Positions 59,061 through 64,000 of a DNA stretch of 64,000 nucleotides are shown here, one piece after another (the first letter of the stretch is position 1; each line of letters starts with the position of its first letter). The notes under the pieces are model-generated. The model searched no databases, had not been told where the DNA came from, and saw only the letters and a program-made list of their open reading frames with translations. Source of the stretch: an uncultured Actinomycetota bacterium. Lineage in GTDB: Bacteria; Actinomycetota; Actinomycetes; JAHEKZ01. Made by a program: the position numbers and the translations under genes. Location: contig CAVQYR010000001.1 of NCBI GenBank assembly GCA_963718235.1, positions 544,001 to 608,000 of the forward strand. The letters are read 5' to 3'.

Positions 59061-59078
59061 GTATCACTGTGATACTAT
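59061..59078 (+). promoter_or_regulatory. Putative TA operator overlapping a -10 box
   Basis: Palindrome GTATCAC-T-GTGATAC (59061-75); TACTAT (59073-78) lies 6 nt before ATG 59085. Confidence 0.7.
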
Positions 59079-59084
59079 ACCGTC

Positions 59085-59291
59085 ATGGCCCTCACCCTAC
59101 GAACCGATGCTGAGCTCGAGGCCGCTCTGACCGCCCTCGCCGAGGCGGAGGGCGCCTCGCGGCAGGAGGTCATCCGACGGGCCGTGCTCGACCGGCTCGA
59201 GCGGACCGTTCATGCTGCCCGGGTCGACGAGTCAGGACGACGGATGACGCAGCGATGGGGCGACGTGCTCGACCGCCTCGGCACGGTTTGA
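59085..59291 (+). CDS. Ribbon-helix-helix (CopG-like) antitoxin
   Basis: MALTLRT...LAEAEGASRQEVIRRAV; directly upstream of a Doc gene. Confidence 0.8.
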   Translation: MALTLRTDAELEAALTALAEAEGASRQEVIRRAVLDRLERTVHAARVDESGRRMTQRWGDVLDRLGTV

Positions 59292-59295
59292 GCGC

Positions 59296-59664
59296 GTGGA
59301 GTACCTCGATCTGGAGGATCTGCTCGGGCTGGTCCGCCGGCTGGCGACTGGGCCGGTCCGAGACGTGGGACTGCTCGATTCGGCGGCCCAACGCCCACGT
59401 TCGAGTGCCTTCGGTGAGGACGCCTACCCGACCCTGGAGCAGAAGGCGGCGGCGCTGCTGCAGTCGGTCGTCGGCAACCACGCGCTGGTCGACGGCAACA
59501 AGCGACTGGGCTGGCTGGCCACCACGGTGTTCGTGGACATCAACGGCTACGAACCTCGGTTGACCGACGACGAGGCGTTTGTTCTGGTGCTCGAAGTGGC
59601 CGGGGGTTTGACAGACATCCCCGTGATCGCCGAGCGGCTTCGGGCTGGGAGAATCCCCGGGTGA
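59296..59664 (+). CDS. doc: Doc/Fic-family toxin
   Basis: [35 protein letters not shown]. Confidence 0.88.
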   Translation: MEYLDLEDLLGLVRRLATGPVRDVGLLDSAAQRPRSSAFGEDAYPTLEQKAAALLQSVVGNHALVDGNKRLGWLATTVFVDINGYEPRLTDDEAFVLVLEVAGGLTDIPVIAERLRAGRIPG

Positions 59665-60989
59665 CCCCCCCACTGCCCTACCCGGCCGCGGCGCCGGCGT
59701 CCCAGGCACTGTTCGACCGCGCCCTGGCCGTGACCCCGGGCGGGGTGAACTCTCCCGTGCGGGCTTTCCGCGCCGTCGGTGGCACCCCGCGCTTCATGGC
59801 CCGCGGCGACGGACCGCACCTGTGGGACGCCGACGGCCGCCGGTACGTCGACCTCGTCTGCTCGTGGGGCCCGATGATCCTCGGCCACGCACACCCCGGC
59901 GTGATGGCCGAGGTGCACGAGGCCGTTGCGCACGGGTCGTCGTTCGGTACCCCCAGCGCGGGTGAGGTGCTCCTCGCCGAGGAGATCGTGGCGCGTACCC
60001 CGGTCGACCAGGTCCGGCTGGTGTCCAGCGGCACCGAGGCCACCATGTCGGCCATCCGCCTCGCCCGCGGATTCACCGGTAGGAGCAAGGTGCTCAAGTT
60101 CGCCGGCTGCTACCACGGCCACGTCGACTCGCTGCTCGCCTCTGCCGGGTCGGGGGTCGCGACGTTCGGTCTGCCGGACACGCCCGGTGTGACCGCGGCC
60201 CAGGCGGCGGAGACTCTCGTAGTCCCGTACAACGACCTCGAGGCGGTCCGGTCGGCGTTCGCCGAGCACGGTGACTCGATCGCCTGCGTCATCACCGAGG
60301 CGGCCGCGGCCAACATGGGAGTGGTCCCGCCGGCGGCGGGGTTCAACCAGGCGCTGGCCGACCTGTGTCGGGCGCACGGTGCCTTGTTCATCTCCGACGA
60401 GGTCATGACCGGCTTCCGGGTGAGCCGGTCGGGCTGGTTCGGGCTCGACGGCGTCACGCCCGACCTGATGACCTTCGGCAAGGTGATGGGTGGCGGACTC
60501 CCGGCCGCGGCGTTCGGCGGACGGGTCGAGGTGATGGCCCATCTCGCACCGGCCGGCCCGGTCTACCAAGCGGGAACGCTCGCCGGGAACCCGGTCGCCG
60601 CCGCGAGTGGCCTGGCGACCTTGCGGCTGTGCGACGACGCCGTGTACCAGCACGTCGACGCCACGGCGGCCACAGTGGGTGACCTGGTGTCCTCGGCGCT
60701 CTCGGCCGAAGGCGTCGCGCACCAACTGCAGACCGCGGGGTCGTTGTTCAGCGTCTTCTTCCACGACGGTCCGGTCGCCGACTACGAGACCGCCCGCATG
60801 CAGGACGCCTGGCGCTACAGCGCCTTCTTCCACGCCATGCTCGAGCGCGGCGTCTACCTTCCGCCCTCTGCGTTCGAGGCATGGTTCGTCTCCGCCTCGC
60901 ACGACGACGATGCCGTGGCTGAGATCGCCGGTGCCTTGCCGCACGCGGCCCGCGCGGCAGCCGCGGCCGTTGCTCCCGAGGGGCGATGA
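59661..60989 (+). CDS. hemL: Glutamate-1-semialdehyde 2,1-aminomutase
   Basis: [45 protein letters not shown]. Confidence 0.97.
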   Translation: MTPPLPYPAAAPASQALFDRALAVTPGGVNSPVRAFRAVGGTPRFMARGDGPHLWDADGRRYVDLVCSWGPMILGHAHPGVMAEVHEAVAHGSSFGTPSAGEVLLAEEIVARTPVDQVRLVSSGTEATMSAIRLARGFTGRSKVLKFAGCYHGHVDSLLASAGSGVATFGLPDTPGVTAAQAAETLVVPYNDLEAVRSAFAEHGDSIACVITEAAAANMGVVPPAAGFNQALADLCRAHGALFISDEVMTGFRVSRSGWFGLDGVTPDLMTFGKVMGGGLPAAAFGGRVEVMAHLAPAGPVYQAGTLAGNPVAAASGLATLRLCDDAVYQHVDATAATVGDLVSSALSAEGVAHQLQTAGSLFSVFFHDGPVADYETARMQDAWRYSAFFHAMLERGVYLPPSAFEAWFVSASHDDDAVAEIAGALPHAARAAAAAVAPEGR

Positions 60990-60992
60990 GCG

Positions 60993-61640
60993 GTGTCTGA
61001 GCTGACCACCGTCCACCTGCTGCGCCACGGCGAGGTGCACAACCCGGAGGGCGTGCTCTACGGGCGCCTGCCGGGCTACCACCTGTCCGACCTGGGTCGT
61101 CAGATGGCGCTGCGCATCGCCGAGCACCTGTCGACCCGCGACGTCGGGCGCGTGGTGAGCTCACCCCTTGAGCGGGCGCAGGAGACCGCTGCCCCGATCG
61201 CGGCGGCGCACGACCTCGACGTCGTCGTCGACCCCCGCCTGGTCGAGGCCGACAACGTCTTCCAGGGGTTGACCTTCGGGGTCGGCGACGGGGCACTGAC
61301 CCGGCCGACCCACTGGAAGCACCTCTACAACCCGTTCCGCCCTTCGTGGGGCGAGCCGTACCGGCAGCAGGCCGAGCGCATGCTCGCGGCGATGGCCGAC
61401 GCGCGTGACCACGTGCTGGGTCGCGCGGCGGTGATCGTCAGCCACCAGCTGCCGATCTGGGTCACCCGGTCGTCGATCGAGGGGCGTCGGCTGTGGCACG
61501 ACCCCAGGCGACGCGAGTGCAGCCTGGCCAGTCTGACCTCGGTCACCTACGAGGGTGACCGGATCGTGGCGCTGACCTACAGCGAGCCGGCGGTCGACCT
61601 GCTGCCGGCCAAGGGCGCCCGCACCAAGCCTGGCGCCTGA
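60993..61640 (+). CDS. Histidine phosphatase family protein
   Basis: LRHGEV, SSPLERAQET, VSHQLPIW. Confidence 0.9.
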   Translation: MSELTTVHLLRHGEVHNPEGVLYGRLPGYHLSDLGRQMALRIAEHLSTRDVGRVVSSPLERAQETAAPIAAAHDLDVVVDPRLVEADNVFQGLTFGVGDGALTRPTHWKHLYNPFRPSWGEPYRQQAERMLAAMADARDHVLGRAAVIVSHQLPIWVTRSSIEGRRLWHDPRRRECSLASLTSVTYEGDRIVALTYSEPAVDLLPAKGARTKPGA

Positions 61641-61642
61641 CC

Positions 61643-62221
61643 GTGTCCCGCGCGATGCTCACCCTGCTCGGGTGCGTGCTGCTCTCGGTCGCTGCCTGCT
61701 CCGGCGGTGACCAGACGCAGGCGGTCGGCGGTGACGGCCAGGGGTTCGTCGACGGCGACGGCTCGGTCAACGTGATCGCCCCCGACGACCGGTTGCCGGT
61801 CAGCGACATCTCCGGTGAGACCCTCGACGGCGAACCACTGAGCGTCGCCGACCTCGAGGGCGACGTCGTGGTGCTCAACGTCTGGGCTTCGTGGTGCGCG
61901 CCCTGCCGGCAGGAGGCCGAGGGGCTTCAGGGCGTCTACGAGGCGACGAAGGACGACGGCGTCTCGTTCGTCGGTATCAACACCCGGGACCAGCCGGCGG
62001 CCGCCCAGGCGTTCGAGCGGGCCGAGGGCATCACCTACCCGAGCCTGGTCGACGACGGCGGGCAGCTGCTGCTCGCGTTCAGCGACACGTTGCCACCGAG
62101 CTCCATCCCCTCGACCCTGGTCCTGGACCGCGAGGGTCGGCTGGCCGCCCGGATCCTCGGCCCGACCACGTTCACCCAGCTCAAGCGTGTGGTCACCGAA
62201 GTGGCGAGCGAGGGCCCGTGA
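61643..62221 (+). CDS. TlpA/ResA-like thiol-disulfide oxidoreductase lipoprotein
   Basis: Lipobox VAAC; WASWCAPC; IPST. Confidence 0.9.
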   Translation: MSRAMLTLLGCVLLSVAACSGGDQTQAVGGDGQGFVDGDGSVNVIAPDDRLPVSDISGETLDGEPLSVADLEGDVVVLNVWASWCAPCRQEAEGLQGVYEATKDDGVSFVGINTRDQPAAAQAFERAEGITYPSLVDDGGQLLLAFSDTLPPSSIPSTLVLDREGRLAARILGPTTFTQLKRVVTEVASEGP

Positions 62222-62973
62222 CCGGGGTTCTGGCGACGACCACCGAGACGGTCGTCTCGGGGTCGCTGCTGCTGGCCATCCCGATCGCCGTGGCGGCCGG
62301 CGTCGTCTCGTTCCTGTCCCCGTGCGTGCTGCCCCTGGTTCCCGGGTACCTCTCCTACGTCACCGGCCTGCTCGGGGTCGACCTCGGCGACGCCCGACGC
62401 GGTCGGCTGCTCCTGGGTACGTCGCTGTTCGTGCTGGGGTTCACCCTCGTCTTCGTCTCCTACGGCGCGCTGTTCGGGGGGCTGGGATCGCTGCTCCTGC
62501 AGTACAGCGACCAGATCACCCGGCTGCTCGGCGCATTCACCATCGTGTTCGGTCTGGCCTTCATGGGGCTGGTGCCGTGGCTCAACCGGGACTGGCACCC
62601 GCAGCAGCGACCGTCGGTCGGGCTGGCCGGCGCGCCCTTGCTGGGCATCTTGTTCGGCATCGGCTGGACGCCGTGCATCGGACCGACCCTGGCCGCGGTC
62701 CAGACCCTCGCCTACGACCAGGCCAGCGCGGCGCGCGGCGCCCTCCTGACCGCCGCCTACTGCGTCGGGCTCGGGCTGCCGTTCCTGCTGGTGGCGGTGG
62801 CCTTCCGTCGGACCGCGGGCGCCATGGCGTTCGTGAAGCGCCACTACGTCGCCGTGATGCGGATCGGCGGTGGCATGCTCGTGCTGGTCGGTCTGCTGAT
62901 GGTGACCGGCACGTGGGAGCAGATCACCGTGTCACTGCGGGTCTGGACCGGGTCGTTCGGAACCGTGTTCTGA
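62218..62973 (+). CDS. ccdA: Cytochrome c biogenesis protein CcdA
   Basis: SFLSPCVLPLVP, GWTPCIGP, GLGLPF. Confidence 0.93.
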   Translation: MTGVLATTTETVVSGSLLLAIPIAVAAGVVSFLSPCVLPLVPGYLSYVTGLLGVDLGDARRGRLLLGTSLFVLGFTLVFVSYGALFGGLGSLLLQYSDQITRLLGAFTIVFGLAFMGLVPWLNRDWHPQQRPSVGLAGAPLLGILFGIGWTPCIGPTLAAVQTLAYDQASAARGALLTAAYCVGLGLPFLLVAVAFRRTAGAMAFVKRHYVAVMRIGGGMLVLVGLLMVTGTWEQITVSLRVWTGSFGTVF

Positions 62974-64000
62974 TGTCGACGTCCGACGTCCGACAGCCAG
63001 AGCTCGGCGCCGTCGGCGGGGTCCGCTGGCTGTGGCGGCAGCTCACCTCCATGCGGACCGCGCTGATCCTGCTGTTCCTTCTGGCCGTCGCGGCGATCCC
63101 CGGCTCGGTGTTCCCCCAGCGCGGGGTCGCGCCGATCCGGGTGAGGCAGTTCCTCGACGCCAACCCGGTCACCGGTCCCTGGCTCGACCGCCTCGGGTTC
63201 TTCGACGTCTACGCGGCACCGTGGTTCGCCGCGATCTACCTGCTGCTGATGATCTCCCTGGCCGGCTGCATCGTTCCGCGGATCGCTGCCCACTGGAGGA
63301 TGACCCGCGCGGCCCCACCACCGGTTCCCCGCAACCTGGCCCGGATGCCGGTCCACGAGCAGTCGTCGAGCCTCGAGAGCCCCCGAGACGTCGTCGCGCA
63401 GGCGGCACAGCTGCTGCGGCGCAAGCGGTTCCGGGTCGTGGTCTCCGACGACGGGCAGGCCGTCGCCGCCGAGAAGGGGTACCTGCGCGAGACCGGCAAC
63501 CTGGTCTTCCACGTCGCGCTGCTGCTGTTGCTCGTCGGGGTTGCCGTGGGGGGACTGTTCGGCTTTCGGGGCACGGTGATCGTCGTGGAGGGCGAAGGGT
63601 TCGCCAACACCTTGACCCAGTACGACGACTTCCACCCCGGGCGCCGCTTCACCGAGTCGCAGCTGGCCCCGTTCTCCTTCGCGCTCGACGACTTCGACGC
63701 CACCTTCGTGGAGAGCGGGCCGCGCACCGGCCAGCCGGACAGCTTCAACGCGCGGGTGACCTACCGGTCGGAGCCCGGCGCCGCGACGGAGGGGTTCGAC
63801 ATCAGGGTCAACCATCCGTTGCAGGTCGGTGGCACCAAGGTCTTCCTCCTCGGCCACGGCTACGCGCCGACCTTCACCGTTCGCGACGGCAACGGGGAGA
63901 TCGCCTTCTCCGGTTCGGTGCCGACGCTGCCACAGGACGCCGCGTTCACCTCGGTCGGTGTGGTGAAAGTCCCCGACGCCCGACCGGAGCAGCTGGGCTT
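62973..64000 (+). CDS. resB: Cytochrome c biogenesis protein ResB/Ccs1, 3'-truncated by window edge
   Basis: Manual translation WRQLTSMRTALILLFLLAVAAIPGS...EKGYLRETGNLVFH...VNHPL; no stop before window end. Confidence 0.9.
   Translation, partial: MSTSDVRQPELGAVGGVRWLWRQLTSMRTALILLFLLAVAAIPGSVFPQRGVAPIRVRQFLDANPVTGPWLDRLGFFDVYAAPWFAAIYLLLMISLAGCIVPRIAAHWRMTRAAPPPVPRNLARMPVHEQSSSLESPRDVVAQAAQLLRRKRFRVVVSDDGQAVAAEKGYLRETGNLVFHVALLLLLVGVAVGGLFGFRGTVIVVEGEGFANTLTQYDDFHPGRRFTESQLAPFSFALDDFDATFVESGPRTGQPDSFNARVTYRSEPGAATEGFDIRVNHPLQVGGTKVFLLGHGYAPTFTVRDGNGEIAFSGSVPTLPQDAAFTSVGVVKVPDARPEQLG

Overview
High-GC actinobacterial chromosome segment following the usual core gene order: folB-folK-DUF3180, a lone nuoD paralogue, DUF2520-panC-coaX, lysS, lsr2-clpC, mutY, disA-radA, ppx, proC, K+ uptake, acuC, HTH/bS22/epimerase/acyltransferase, rex-hemACDB, hemL and cytochrome c biogenesis genes. 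Accessory DNA: (i) a ~12 kb block between the mutY-adjacent gene and disA with a cheB-cheR(TPR)-cheW trio lacking cheA/MCP/cheY, a TetR-controlled acyl-CoA catabolic operon, a NylB-like serine hydrolase and a flavin amine oxidase; (ii) an RHH-Doc toxin-antitoxin pair inside the heme operon. The most notable signals are an orphan NuoD with Trp at the quinone-binding Tyr position near a MidA/NDUFAF7-family methyltransferase; a CheB with a degenerate receiver domain; a shared sigma28-like motif upstream of cheB and a CAP-domain gene; a two-copy 68-bp palindromic intergenic element; and a structured leader upstream of the CAP gene. lsr2 and a DUF805 gene each carry a single-base frameshift, possibly an assembly error. 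I saw no rRNA, tRNA, CRISPR array or transposase. All calls come from reading motifs by eye; no database searches were run.
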